Assembly: GCA_030427705.1 (NCBI GenBank)
Contig: JAUIBR010000002.1
Span: 220,631-255,255, forward strand
Reading direction: 5' to 3'
DNA from: a bacterium
GTDB lineage: Bacteria; Myxococcota_A; Bradymonadia; Bradymonadales; Bradymonadaceae
Length of the DNA: 34,625 bases
The position numbers were made by a program, and so were the translations under genes. The notes under the pieces are model-generated. The model made no database searches and was not told the DNA's origin. It saw nothing but the letters and a program-made list of their open reading frames with translations. Of the stretch, positions 23,994-32,456 are shown piece by piece; within the stretch, counting starts at the first letter, position 1; each line of letters starts with the position of its first letter.

Positions 23994-25319
23994 ATGACGA
24001 TGTTCCGATACATAATCTTCATAAGTGCGGCCGCCCTAGTATTTACGGGCTGCTCTGGACCTTCGACGAAACAAGATTCAATTCCGGTTGAACAGTCGAC
24101 GGTTGAGGCCAAGACACAACAATCGGATGCCAAAATCGCGGATTCGGGTTCTGAGACCATCGAACCGGTGCAAGATCAAGCTGCCAAAGCGACCGCTGAG
24201 GAGCCGGCAAAAACATCAAAAGTTGCCAATCGTCCCGCAGACCCTTTCGCAATGTTGGATGATTCCAAGACCCGAGGCGCCCGAGATTTGGTCATCGTGG
24301 CCGTCGGTGACGTGTCGCAGCCGGCCGAAAGCTGGGTTGAGCGTACAGATGCTCAAAAGGACAGCGTTTTCGACCCCACCCGCCATCTCATTACCGGCGA
24401 CCTGAACTTCATGAACTTGGAGAGCCCAGTCACTGATCTAAAGCCCAACGCTAAAAAGACGTACGCCTTTACATCCCCACCTGGCCGTCTGGATTGGTAC
24501 ATGGGTGCCGGATTCAATATGTTCAGCCTGTCGAACAACCACATCGCCGATGCAGACCAACCCGGTATCGACGATACGATTCGTAATGTTGAAGAGTACG
24601 GCAAAAAGCATGGGATGCCCGTCTATCACGCAGGTGCGGGTCAGACCCCGGAAGATGGGCTCAAACCAACGTATATCAAGCCAGAAGGCAAAGACGTCAC
24701 CGTTGCATTCATCGCCCTTGGGTTTTCGAAATCACCCAACGTCGGGAAGTTTTGGGACGAGGATTTGATCCCAACCATCAAGGAAGCGTCGACGAAGGCT
24801 GACATCGTTTACGTCAGTGTCCACGCGGGCAAAGAGTACGAGCACATTCCGCCAAAAGACCTTCAAAACCGATACCGGTCCTGGGTCGATGCTGGCGCTG
24901 ACCTCGTCATCGGGCATCACACCCACTGCATTCAGCCGATGGAGCAGTATAAGGACGGGCTCATCTTCTATAGCCTTGGAAACTACGTCTTCTCATCGCG
25001 CACCGTCAGACACCGCAAGGTTGGTGCGAAGCTCTACGGCATGATGGCGCGAATCGTGATCAGCGACGGCGCGGTGTATGGCAGTCAAATTGTCCCGCTT
25101 TGGGTCAATAACTCTGAAGATTGGAAGCTCGAATCGGGTGAGGTCCTTCCCAACGCAAACTTCATTCCTCAAGTGCTCACCGGCCCATTCGCAGATGCGT
25201 GGTTCAACGACTTTGATGAATGGACCAAAAAAGCCGGCGCAACTCCTGTCGATCGTGTCGGCGACGTTGCGTTCTACCGAATGAAGCCGTACACCAGAGA
25301 AGTCGCTTTCGTTTGGTGA
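23994..25319 (+). CDS. CapA/PGA_cap family metallophosphatase lipoprotein (poly-gamma-glutamate synthesis CapA-like).
   Basis: MTMFRYIIFISAAALVFTGCSG has lipobox FTGC. A Gln/Ala/Lys-rich spacer follows. Then GDVSQ...NLESPVT...SLSNNHIADADQPGIDDT...VSVHAGKEYEH...LVIGHHTHCIQP...YSLGNYVF, the CapA-type calcineurin-like phosphoesterase pattern. Confidence 0.75.
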   Translation: MTMFRYIIFISAAALVFTGCSGPSTKQDSIPVEQSTVEAKTQQSDAKIADSGSETIEPVQDQAAKATAEEPAKTSKVANRPADPFAMLDDSKTRGARDLVIVAVGDVSQPAESWVERTDAQKDSVFDPTRHLITGDLNFMNLESPVTDLKPNAKKTYAFTSPPGRLDWYMGAGFNMFSLSNNHIADADQPGIDDTIRNVEEYGKKHGMPVYHAGAGQTPEDGLKPTYIKPEGKDVTVAFIALGFSKSPNVGKFWDEDLIPTIKEASTKADIVYVSVHAGKEYEHIPPKDLQNRYRSWVDAGADLVIGHHTHCIQPMEQYKDGLIFYSLGNYVFSSRTVRHRKVGAKLYGMMARIVISDGAVYGSQIVPLWVNNSEDWKLESGEVLPNANFIPQVLTGPFADAWFNDFDEWTKKAGATPVDRVGDVAFYRMKPYTREVAFVW

Positions 25320-25322
25320 AAA

Positions 25323-27137
25323 TTGGCTAACAAAGACTTCATCATCGTCGGCCATCGAGGCACTGGGAAATCATCGATGGGCCTGGCGCTTGCCGAGCGC
25401 GGCTGGGATGTCATCGATCTGGACTCTGAGATTGAAGAGTCGGTCGACCGCAGTTGCGAAGATATCATTGCAGAAGATGGTGAGGCGCGATTCCGCGCGC
25501 TTGAGCAGAACACGCTGGCTGAGATCATTGGAACGGCATCTGAGACACCACGGATCATCATCGTGGGTGCCGGCTGCAATCCGATTCCCGATGAACCCAT
25601 CTGCATTTGGTTGCGCCGACCGGATTGGGAGAGCGCGGCGGCCACCGAACGCTCCCAGGTTTGGCCAGACCTTTCGATCGACGAAGAGCTAGAGCGAATG
25701 CGCTCAGAACGCAGTCCGATATACGCGGCAGCAGCGGATTTGGTTTTCAACCTGGAACGGGGAGCCGAGCTTGAGCATGCCGCGGTGCAGCTAGAGTCGC
25801 TCCTGAATTGGACGCTCACAACCGGGGACCTTTCGAAGCTCAGCTACATCGTCGTCCCCAGCCCCGAGCTTCTGCACCGTGCAGAATGCCGAGTTCGGCA
25901 ACTTGGCATGGCGGGCTTGGAGATTCGAAGCGACATCTTCGACGCTGTCCCAAAAACTACTGTGCCTTTCATCGCAAGCCTCCGACACGACGATCCTTCA
26001 TGGCTAAAGTCCGCGGGCGACGCTGCGATGTGGGATATCGATCTGGCCTATATCAACCAGGTCACGGCGAGTGGTGTTTTGGACGTGATGCCCCCAAGGC
26101 CCTTGATCTTGTCCTCTCATATGAACCACTCGCCCAAGGGTGTAGCGATCCTCGCTGACGCCCGGAACACGTTCCGCGAGGAGTTCCCGAAATGGGCTGA
26201 GAAGGTCATCATCAAGTATGCGCCGCACAATGTGACGTCGTTTGGGGAGATTGCGACGCTTCTAAACCAACGTGGCAAACTGGGTTTGGGCGGACCGCAT
26301 ATCCTCTTGCCGCAGGGTCGGCGTTGGGCTTGGCTGCGCCCAATCTTGGGCTTGCGGTCGAACTTTCTTAACTACGTCGGGCTCGGTGTCTCAACAAATC
26401 GTGGCGATGTTCAGACACTTCCCCCGTGGGACCTAAGAGACTGGTTGCCGCACCTTGGGCTCAACCGTGGGTCTCGGTTTGACGCGCTAATCGGCGATCC
26501 GGCTGACCACAGTCAGGGCGATATTTACCATCGTCGTGCCGCCGAAAGGGTGGGTTTGAACGTTGGTTACATTCGCGTTCAGGTTGATGTTGATGAGCTT
26601 GAGCATGCACTGGCGCTCTTGAAGCAGCTCGGTCTGTTTAATCTCAGCGTTACGTCGCCGCTTAAGATTCACGCGGCGGAAGTTGTCGACAACGACGCTC
26701 CGAAAGCCATCAACACCCTCACCTGGCGCGGCAACTCGTGGCACGGTTGGGATACAGACTCCGCGGGAATGCGCGCAGCACTCCAACGTTTGGAAGAGCG
26801 TGGCATCGCGCCCGGAACCATCGCAATCATTGGTCGTGGCGGCGTTAGTCCAGCACTTGTCCGCGTGATCGTGGAATCGGGCTGGACGCTGGCGTTCCAT
26901 GCGGGAGCACGCCAGGGGTGGACGAGCGCGCCACACAGCGTTGACCTCGTCGTCAACGCCGCAGGCGACCGGGATGTGGTCTACCAGGGACCGCCAGAAT
27001 CCGTGGCCTGGCTGGACCTGCATTACGTCGACGTCCGCGAACCTCCTGAGGTGCGAGTTCATCTCAATGGAGACACATTCTTCGTGGCGCAGGCAGATGC
27101 TCAGCGCCATATCTGGGGCTATCCCTTCGCAAAATAG
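25323..27137 (+). CDS. Trifunctional fusion in one polypeptide: shikimate kinase (N-terminal), type I 3-dehydroquinate dehydratase-like (middle) and shikimate 5-dehydrogenase (C-terminal).
   Basis: SK: IIVGHRGTGKSSMGLALAE (Walker A), DLD. Middle: LEIRSDIF (cf. AroD ILEWRVD), SHMNHSPKG (cf. HDFHKTP), VIIKYAPHN (cf. PKIALMP catalytic Lys), GLRSNFLN (cf. GVISRL). C-terminal: LSVTSPLK, NTLTW...GWDTDSAG, IAIIGRGGVSPA (AroE motifs). Confidence 0.85.
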   Translation: MANKDFIIVGHRGTGKSSMGLALAERGWDVIDLDSEIEESVDRSCEDIIAEDGEARFRALEQNTLAEIIGTASETPRIIIVGAGCNPIPDEPICIWLRRPDWESAAATERSQVWPDLSIDEELERMRSERSPIYAAAADLVFNLERGAELEHAAVQLESLLNWTLTTGDLSKLSYIVVPSPELLHRAECRVRQLGMAGLEIRSDIFDAVPKTTVPFIASLRHDDPSWLKSAGDAAMWDIDLAYINQVTASGVLDVMPPRPLILSSHMNHSPKGVAILADARNTFREEFPKWAEKVIIKYAPHNVTSFGEIATLLNQRGKLGLGGPHILLPQGRRWAWLRPILGLRSNFLNYVGLGVSTNRGDVQTLPPWDLRDWLPHLGLNRGSRFDALIGDPADHSQGDIYHRRAAERVGLNVGYIRVQVDVDELEHALALLKQLGLFNLSVTSPLKIHAAEVVDNDAPKAINTLTWRGNSWHGWDTDSAGMRAALQRLEERGIAPGTIAIIGRGGVSPALVRVIVESGWTLAFHAGARQGWTSAPHSVDLVVNAAGDRDVVYQGPPESVAWLDLHYVDVREPPEVRVHLNGDTFFVAQADAQRHIWGYPFAK

Positions 27138-27145
27138 GTACACCG

Positions 27146-28174
27146 ATGCGCGGAAACTCATTCGGTCGGGCGCTGACGCTCACAACCTTTGGGGAATCGC
27201 ATGGCGTCGCTCTGGGCGCGCTGATCGATGGCTGCCCCGCGGGTTTAGAATTCGACGTCGCAAAGCTAGAGGCGCAGCTCAACCGCCGCCGTCCTGGGCA
27301 GTCGGGCATTACAACGGCCCGGTCAGAATCCGATGCTCCGGAAATCTTGAGTGGGGTGTTTGAAGGCAAGACGTTGGGCACGCCAATTTGCGTGATCGTT
27401 CGAAACAAAGACGCACGAAGCAAGGACTACGATCCGAGCTATTTTCGCGCCGGACACGCCGATCGCGTCTGGGAAGACAAGTTTGGGCACCGCGACTATC
27501 GCGGAGGCGGTCGGGCATCCGGACGCGAGACATTAGCGCGCGTCATCGGAGGAACGGTCGCTGAGACTATCCTGCCCAACACGGTTTCAATCGTGGGTTT
27601 CACTCGGCAGATTGGGACCCATGTAGCCACCGACATCCCTGCAGTCCTCACCCGGGAGATCGTCGATGAACATTCGACGCGCTGCCCAGACCCAGTGGTC
27701 GCGGAGCTGATCGAAGCCGAACTATTGGCCTGCAAAGAGGCCGGTGACTCGCGCGGCGGCATCGTTGAACTATGGATCGATGGCGTTCCACGCGGTCTAG
27801 GAGAACCCGTCTTCAACAAAGCGAAAGCGTTACTTGGCGGCGCAATGATGAGCGTCGGGGCCGTCGTAGGTGTTGAGCTGGGCGAGGGTCACCTCGATGC
27901 CGCAGCAGGCGGCAAGTCGTTTCACTCCGGCGTCAGCGGCTCCGGCGAGGACGCCGGCATCAGCCCCGCCGCCAACGGTATCCAAGGCGGCATCACGAAC
28001 GGCGAGCGAATTCGGCTCCGGGTGTTCTTTAAGCCAGCAAGTACCGTCGGGTCGATGGCAAAGGCGGGGCGTCATGATCCGTGCATCGTACCCCGCGCAA
28101 TACCTGTACTTGAATCGATGGCGGCGCTTGTTTTGGCAGATCTCTATTTGCTCTCGAAACTCGATACGTTGTAG
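27146..28174 (+). CDS. aroC: Chorismate synthase.
   Basis: GNSFGRALTLTTFGESHGVALGALIDGCPAGL, GRSSARETLARV-type motif (RASGRETLARV), and ISPAANGIQGGITNGE, all canonical AroC signatures. Confidence 0.92.
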   Translation: MRGNSFGRALTLTTFGESHGVALGALIDGCPAGLEFDVAKLEAQLNRRRPGQSGITTARSESDAPEILSGVFEGKTLGTPICVIVRNKDARSKDYDPSYFRAGHADRVWEDKFGHRDYRGGGRASGRETLARVIGGTVAETILPNTVSIVGFTRQIGTHVATDIPAVLTREIVDEHSTRCPDPVVAELIEAELLACKEAGDSRGGIVELWIDGVPRGLGEPVFNKAKALLGGAMMSVGAVVGVELGEGHLDAAAGGKSFHSGVSGSGEDAGISPAANGIQGGITNGERIRLRVFFKPASTVGSMAKAGRHDPCIVPRAIPVLESMAALVLADLYLLSKLDTL

Positions 28175-28233
28175 CTCTTGCAAATAGCCGTCGTTGGACG
28201 TTAACTAGTACTTCCCTTTCGAACCGGTACGAC

Positions 28234-29124
28234 GTGGATTCGATTCTTCTAGCATGTGGTGACGTTGACCTTCTGCGCAAGATTGCTGGCGATCTGCCTG
28301 ACGGTCAGTTCAAACCCATCGCAACAAAGAAAGGCGCGGGAATCATCGAGAAGATCCAGAACCGGAACATCCAGGTGGCGGTCGTTCACGACACGCTCTC
28401 GGATTGTGCCGGCGCGGATTTGTGCCAACAGCTCGTTGCTCAGATAAGCGGAATTCAGATTCTGTTTTTGACCAGCGGCAATGTGAATCAGCAGGGTCCA
28501 TTCGCGAAGGCTCTGCGCTATCCCGTGCCCGGCCCGGTGTTTCGAAATGCGCTCAAATCCATCGCGCCTAGCGCCGATGACGGGCCCGATCTCGAACAGT
28601 GGAGAGCCTTCTACAATGAGATTAAAGAGAAGGTTGCGCTCCTTCCTGAGCAGTCCTACTGGCAGATGCTCGGACTAAAACAGGGCGCACCGCACCATAT
28701 CATTGTGAAGGTGTTCGACGCGCTGAGCCTTCGATATCACCCGGATCGATACAACAGGCATCGCGATACCAAATGGGGCGCGGCCACGTACGAATTGGTG
28801 AATGAGCTCTACAAGACCTATACCGAAGCCTTCGCCATCCTGACCGACCGGAAACTCCTGGCGAAGTACCAAACCGCTCTGGCAAACGGCGAACTGCGAC
28901 TCAGCCCCGAGGAGACCTCCGGGATGGACACTGGTCCGAAGGCGCTCGCCGACTACGCCGACACATCTCAAGGAAAGAAGTTTCTCAAGCTTGCCCAATC
29001 CGACATTGCAAGGCAGAACTGGTCTCAAGCTCTGCAGAACCTGAACTTCGCAGCGAGCATGGAACCTGATAATGCAGCGATCCAGAATGCGATTCAGGAC
29101 GTGCAATCCAAGTTGTCTTCTTAG
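28234..29124 (+). CDS. J-domain (DnaJ-like) protein with an N-terminal degenerate receiver-like domain and a C-terminal TPR-like helical region. GTG start.
   Basis: The J domain is SYWQMLGLKQGAPHHIIVKVFDALSLRYHPDRY (HPD motif) ...AFAILTDRKLLAKYQ. The N-terminal 110 aa have a receiver-like alternation (ILLACGDVDLL...VAVVHDTLSDCAG...ILFLTS) but lack the canonical acidic pair. The GTG at 28234 is the only start after the upstream in-frame stop at 28207. Confidence 0.7.
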   Translation: MDSILLACGDVDLLRKIAGDLPDGQFKPIATKKGAGIIEKIQNRNIQVAVVHDTLSDCAGADLCQQLVAQISGIQILFLTSGNVNQQGPFAKALRYPVPGPVFRNALKSIAPSADDGPDLEQWRAFYNEIKEKVALLPEQSYWQMLGLKQGAPHHIIVKVFDALSLRYHPDRYNRHRDTKWGAATYELVNELYKTYTEAFAILTDRKLLAKYQTALANGELRLSPEETSGMDTGPKALADYADTSQGKKFLKLAQSDIARQNWSQALQNLNFAASMEPDNAAIQNAIQDVQSKLSS

Positions 29125-29139
29125 GGTCATCCTCTATCT

Positions 29140-30027
29140 ATGGCCGACAAAAAGTCTGATCTGGTGCCACGACTCATCACAGCAGTCGTCGCGATCCCGA
29201 TACTACTCTACATAATCTTCGCTGCTCCAAAGTGGATGTTCTTCCTCCTGCTTGTGTGGGCCGGCGGTACGTCTGTTTGGGAGTACTGCAACATCACCTT
29301 TGGTGAATCCAATAAGGGCGGCGTGGTACTGGCGACCCTATTGGGCGTGGGCACGTATTCCACCTTCTATTGGGCCCCGGAACATGGGCTCGGCGTGGCT
29401 TGTGGGTCCGTTGTGTTGGTGTTCCTGTACTTCCTGTTCAAGTACGGGGACCAAAAACAGGTCAGTCACGAGATTGGCTCCGCCATCACCGGCATCTTCT
29501 ACGGGGCGGTTTTGCTGGGCACGCTGGCATTCATGAATCGAGACACCGGGTCGGCCGGTCCTATCTGGATTCTAATGACGCTCGCCATCGTCTGGCTTTC
29601 TGATACCGGGGCATACTTTTCGGGACGCGCGTTCGGGAAACGCAAACTGTACGAAGCCGTTAGCCCAAACAAATCTGTTGAAGGTGCAGTTGGTGGTTTC
29701 ATCGTGTCCGTCGCGGGTGTGTACGGCATGAACCTCGGCTTCGCCGCTGCGGTTGGCGACGGCTACACGACACAACTGTTCGGCATCGAGTTCCTAACTG
29801 TCGATCTGGCTTGGAAGGAACTTTCCATCGGCACCATGCTGCTGATTGCCATTCCCGCGAACATTCTGGGACAGCTCGGTGATTTGGCGGAAAGCCTGAT
29901 TAAGCGAGCACACGGCGTGAAAGACAGTGGGACTGTTATCTATGGTCACGGCGGAATTCTGGACCGAATCGACGCGTTGATTTTCGCATCGCCGTGGGTC
30001 TACTATTGCGTGACCTTCTTTGTCTAA
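29140..30027 (+). CDS. cdsA: Phosphatidate cytidylyltransferase (CDP-diglyceride synthase).
   Basis: Polytopic membrane protein with the CTP_transf_1 signature WLSDTGAYFSGRAFGKRKL...SPNKSVEGAVGG...GHGGILDRIDAL. Confidence 0.85.
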   Translation: MADKKSDLVPRLITAVVAIPILLYIIFAAPKWMFFLLLVWAGGTSVWEYCNITFGESNKGGVVLATLLGVGTYSTFYWAPEHGLGVACGSVVLVFLYFLFKYGDQKQVSHEIGSAITGIFYGAVLLGTLAFMNRDTGSAGPIWILMTLAIVWLSDTGAYFSGRAFGKRKLYEAVSPNKSVEGAVGGFIVSVAGVYGMNLGFAAAVGDGYTTQLFGIEFLTVDLAWKELSIGTMLLIAIPANILGQLGDLAESLIKRAHGVKDSGTVIYGHGGILDRIDALIFASPWVYYCVTFFV

Positions 30028-30036
30028 GCTGAGGCT

Positions 30037-31749
30037 ATGGGCCTAATCTACGCCATAATCCTTATCGGGGTGCTCATTTTCGTCCATGAGCTTGGCCACT
30101 TCCTGGTGGCGAAGTACTTCGACGTAAAAGTGCTCCGTTTCGCGATCGGATTCGGCCCAACCATCGTCAGCTACACAAGGGGCGAGACGGAGTACGCCTT
30201 GTGTGCGCTCCCGTTGGGCGGTTACGTGCAGATGCTCGGGGGTGACCTCGAATCTATTGAGCACCTCCCCAAGGAAGACCGTGAACGTGCTCTGATGAGC
30301 AAACCTATCTGGCAACGATCGCTCGTCGTTCTTGCTGGTCCAGTCTTCAATATCGTCCTTCCCGTCATCATCTACTTCGTCTTTGCGATGGGTGTCACCA
30401 CGACGATTCCAAGCGTGGTCGGCGACGTTTTCGAGGGGATGCCTGCAGCATCCGCCGGACTGAAACCTGGCGACAAGATCGTCGAGATTGATGGCGAACC
30501 CATCGGTTATTGGTACGAGGTGATTGAGAACCTCACGACCGCGCCGGGACGCGAGGTGAAGCTGAAGCTCGAACGCGACGGCAAGATCGTCGAGACCTCG
30601 GTCACACCTCAGACCAAGACGGATACCGATTTTCTGGGGCTAAATGTCAGAACCTACGGTTTGACGGGCATTCACCCAGCTACCTATGGCCCCACGCTTG
30701 GCATCACCAACCCCGAGGGGCCCGCTGCGCAAGCGGGCCTTGAGCATTTCGACCGGGTGATCTCGATCGACGGGAAACATATTCGCCGCTTCGACCAGAT
30801 CGAGTCAGCGATTCGCTCAAGCAACGGCACTGCCCTGAAAATGCAGGTCTTCCGACGTTCACCGATCTCGGTGGATTTCGGGCGATTCTATGCGCAGCAC
30901 CCCATAGAAGTGACGGTCACCCCAACCAAAGTCGGCGATGAATGGACCATCGGCGTACACAACGCTGAGATGTTCGTGTCTCGTATTGAAGATGGCTCAC
31001 CGTCTGCCAAAGCGGGACTCCAGATCGGAGATATGGTCACCAAGCTTGATGGCGTCCCGATCTCGAATTGGCGCTACCTCAATCGCCAAATCTCAAACGC
31101 GGTAAACACGAAGGTGGTCGAGGTCTCCGAAGAGACGGGAGCGCAGGCACCTGAAGTCGATGTTCCATTCGAGATCACCTATGTTCGCGATGGCAAAGAG
31201 CTCACCACGACCCTGACCCCCAAAGTCGTCAAACTTGAGCAACAAGACTTCTTCAAGCTCGACATCGGATGGGGGCACATCCCGGACCTCATCGAGCCAG
31301 ATGAGGTGCCCTTCCCGTTCTTCAAACGTCTCGCCTACGCCGCCGAATACTCAGTCAGCCAGACTTGGGAGTTCTGCAAGATGCTGGTGCTTGGATTTGT
31401 GCGTATGGCACAAGGCCGGCTCAGCCTCGATAACGTTGGCGGCCCAATTATGATTGGTGAGCTGGCAGCACAGGCAGGCAAGGCCGGGTGGGACCGCTTT
31501 CTTCAGATGATGGCGCTGATCAGTATCAATCTTGGGGTTATCAATCTGCTTCCGATCCCAATCTTGGATGGTGGACAGTTGATGCTGTTCGCACTGGAAA
31601 AGCTAAAGCGTGGGCCGCTCAGCTTCCGGACTCGCCAGATTGCCGCCTATGTCGGTTTCACGATGATCCTGTTCCTTGTCGTGCTCGCGTTCAAAAACGA
31701 TATCGAACGCCAGTGGGATGATATCGCGCAATGGGTCAACGAACTCTGA
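30037..31749 (+). CDS. rseP: RIP metalloprotease RseP (site-2 protease, M50 family) with PDZ domains.
   Basis: HELGH (VHELGHFLVAKY) in TM1, PDZ-like segments (GLKPGDKIVEIDGEPI; GLQIGDMVTKLDGVPI), and the C-terminal M50 motif NLLPIPILDGG. Confidence 0.9.
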   Translation: MGLIYAIILIGVLIFVHELGHFLVAKYFDVKVLRFAIGFGPTIVSYTRGETEYALCALPLGGYVQMLGGDLESIEHLPKEDRERALMSKPIWQRSLVVLAGPVFNIVLPVIIYFVFAMGVTTTIPSVVGDVFEGMPAASAGLKPGDKIVEIDGEPIGYWYEVIENLTTAPGREVKLKLERDGKIVETSVTPQTKTDTDFLGLNVRTYGLTGIHPATYGPTLGITNPEGPAAQAGLEHFDRVISIDGKHIRRFDQIESAIRSSNGTALKMQVFRRSPISVDFGRFYAQHPIEVTVTPTKVGDEWTIGVHNAEMFVSRIEDGSPSAKAGLQIGDMVTKLDGVPISNWRYLNRQISNAVNTKVVEVSEETGAQAPEVDVPFEITYVRDGKELTTTLTPKVVKLEQQDFFKLDIGWGHIPDLIEPDEVPFPFFKRLAYAAEYSVSQTWEFCKMLVLGFVRMAQGRLSLDNVGGPIMIGELAAQAGKAGWDRFLQMMALISINLGVINLLPIPILDGGQLMLFALEKLKRGPLSFRTRQIAAYVGFTMILFLVVLAFKNDIERQWDDIAQWVNEL

Positions 31750-32456
31750 TGTCGGCGTCTCCAAAAATCCTGGCGGTGGACACCTCGACCAAGATTCAAG
31801 TGTTGGGATTAACCATCGGAACGGCTCAAGTTGCCCGCGTTCAGCACAAGGTTCGGGTCGATCATTCAAACACGTTGCTGTCGAATATCAACGCAATGCT
31901 GTCGCAGCATGGCCTGAAGGTCCAAGATCTGGACCTCGTCGCATGTGGATTGGGGCCGGGGAGCTTCACCGGACTTCGCGTGGGCATGGCAAACGCCAAG
32001 GCAATCGCACGTGCCGCGGACGCTCCGATTGTGGGTGTCTCATCACTCGCGGCCATCGCTCGCCCGGTCGCTGCGTTGCACGATGGGACCATTGTTTCCG
32101 GAATTGACGCGCGTCGCGGAGAAGTGTTTGCCGTCGCTTTCGATAACGAAATGCAGCCACTCGACGATGAAGTCGCCTACACGCCGGACGAACTGCACCA
32201 AATGATCGAAGCGCTCGCTGAGACAACCAACGTCAAGTTGGTCGGCAATGGGTTTCGCGCTCATGATTCGCTTCAAAATTGGGCGGGCAACGTTGAGCTA
32301 CTGGATCCCGCTTGGGATTGGCCGTCGCCCTACTCTATCGCGATGATGGCCAAGAATCGGCTTGAGGAGTCAGGCCCAGATGACTTGGTCAGCCTCGAGC
32401 CGAATTACATTCGGCCAAGCGACGCTGAAATCTCTTGGAAAAAGAAGTCGTCCTAA
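31749..32456 (+). CDS. tsaB: tRNA threonylcarbamoyladenosine biosynthesis protein TsaB (YeaZ). The ORF also opens at 31731.
   Basis: ILAVDTSTKIQVLGL and ...DLDLVACGLGPGSFTGLRVGMANAKAIA... are the TsaB/YeaZ hallmarks. The ATG at 31749 overlaps the rseP stop (TGATG). Confidence 0.8.
   Translation: MSASPKILAVDTSTKIQVLGLTIGTAQVARVQHKVRVDHSNTLLSNINAMLSQHGLKVQDLDLVACGLGPGSFTGLRVGMANAKAIARAADAPIVGVSSLAAIARPVAALHDGTIVSGIDARRGEVFAVAFDNEMQPLDDEVAYTPDELHQMIEALAETTNVKLVGNGFRAHDSLQNWAGNVELLDPAWDWPSPYSIAMMAKNRLEESGPDDLVSLEPNYIRPSDAEISWKKKSS

Noticed and set aside
6334-32456. Apparent clustering of tRNA-modification genes (dusA, tgt, tsaB) near a tRNA gene
   Set aside because: The genes are dispersed across 25 kb in separate transcription units. 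This is most likely coincidence in a dense housekeeping region.
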